Shown one piece after another: positions 56,111-56,556 of a DNA stretch of 56,556 bases. The notes beneath the pieces were generated by a model that saw only the letters and a list, made by a program, of their open reading frames with translations, had not been told where the DNA came from and did no database searches. A program made the position numbers and the translations under genes. Location: the IMG/VR virus record IMGVR_UViG_3300045944_000167, positions 1 to 56,556 of that record. One strand, 5' to 3'. Origin of the DNA: a virus. Its lineage: Duplodnaviria > Caudoviricetes. Positions within the stretch are counted from its first letter, which is position 1, and each line of letters begins with the position of its first letter.

Positions 56111-56535
56111 TCCCACGGCCTGCTACCTGAGCCGTGCCGCTCCACGGCCCGAGACGCCTTCTGCGCCTGGTAGAGCGAATGATGCGTGAGCCGCATGGCA
56201 CGCGCCAGGTGCAGCACGGCCGTCGTCTCGTCACGCATCATCTTGCGCAGGCGCTCGAGTCGCCGGAAGGTTTCCGGGTCGGCGAGCACTTGCAGCGTGA
56301 CCTCGGCCAACTGCCCCGCGATCTGGTCTGCTCCCACTACGTGCCGGCAGTAACTGACAAGCAATGGCACGTGTTCAGGGCCGAACCAGTCCACAGGCCG
56401 CGCATTCACCGTGCGCAGCCAGACCGCCCGCTCGGCATCGAGCTTCAGCTCTGCAGGCGGCGCCGGACGCGAAATGCCGCGGATTGGGACGGCGATCGCC
56501 AGCGAAGCTGCTGATTTACGACCGTTCTGCTTCAT
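56107..56535 (-). CDS. terS: Terminase small subunit
   Basis: GRKSAA..RPAPPAEL..W..P.DWF..LL..YC; overlaps terL start. Confidence 0.8.
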   Translation of the reverse strand: MKQNGRKSAASLAIAVPIRGISRPAPPAELKLDAERAVWLRTVNARPVDWFGPEHVPLLVSYCRHVVGADQIAGQLAEVTLQVLADPETFRRLERLRKMMRDETTAVLHLARAMRLTHHSLYQAQKASRAVERHGSGSRPWE

Positions 56536-56556
56536 ATCGAGTTAGGAAAAAAAGGC
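56536..56556 (-). other. Putative cos/packaging region, part
   Basis: GCC-T-run before terS, as at 27387-27406. Confidence 0.45.

Larger units (their letters stand above)
36373..56556. mobile_element. Temperate siphophage unit Y, structural arm (continues at position 1)
   Basis: Second copy of tail/head/terminase genes in the same order; ends just upstream of terS. Confidence 0.85.

Noticed and set aside
1-56556. Recent exact tandem duplication or simple concatemer of one genome
   Set aside because: Copies differ by many synonymous changes and by whole non-homologous modules

Overview
The window is entirely phage DNA. It holds two complete, related but non-identical small temperate siphophage genomes in direct tandem, with no host genes. 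Every core gene occurs twice: integrase, excisionase, annealing protein, immunity, replication, VRR-NUC, HNH, TerS/TerL, fused protease-capsid, portal, head-tail joining, tail tube, frameshifted chaperone, tape measure, tail tip and S74-chaperoned tail fibre. Each integrase is followed by an intact attP whose 48-bp core is the 3' half of a proteobacterial tRNA-His. Both window ends fall in the terS-HNH (cos-type) interval, so the sequence closes into a circle of two att-bounded units of 29,478 and 27,078 bp. The units differ in repressor/operators, TerS, TerL ATPase domain, cos, tape measure and receptor-binding region. This reads as a heterodimeric cointegrate (e.g. an excised tandem double lysogen) or an assembly chimera; sequence alone cannot decide. 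Other notable points: no recognisable endolysin (two conserved micro-peptides sit in the usual lysis position), a frameshifted CI plus a second operator-controlled CI-like gene in one unit, an internal capsid start with a hairpin-occluded upstream RBS, and an unexplained lipoprotein/Pro-rich cassette after the capsid gene. All family calls are from motif recognition and synteny; no database searches were run.
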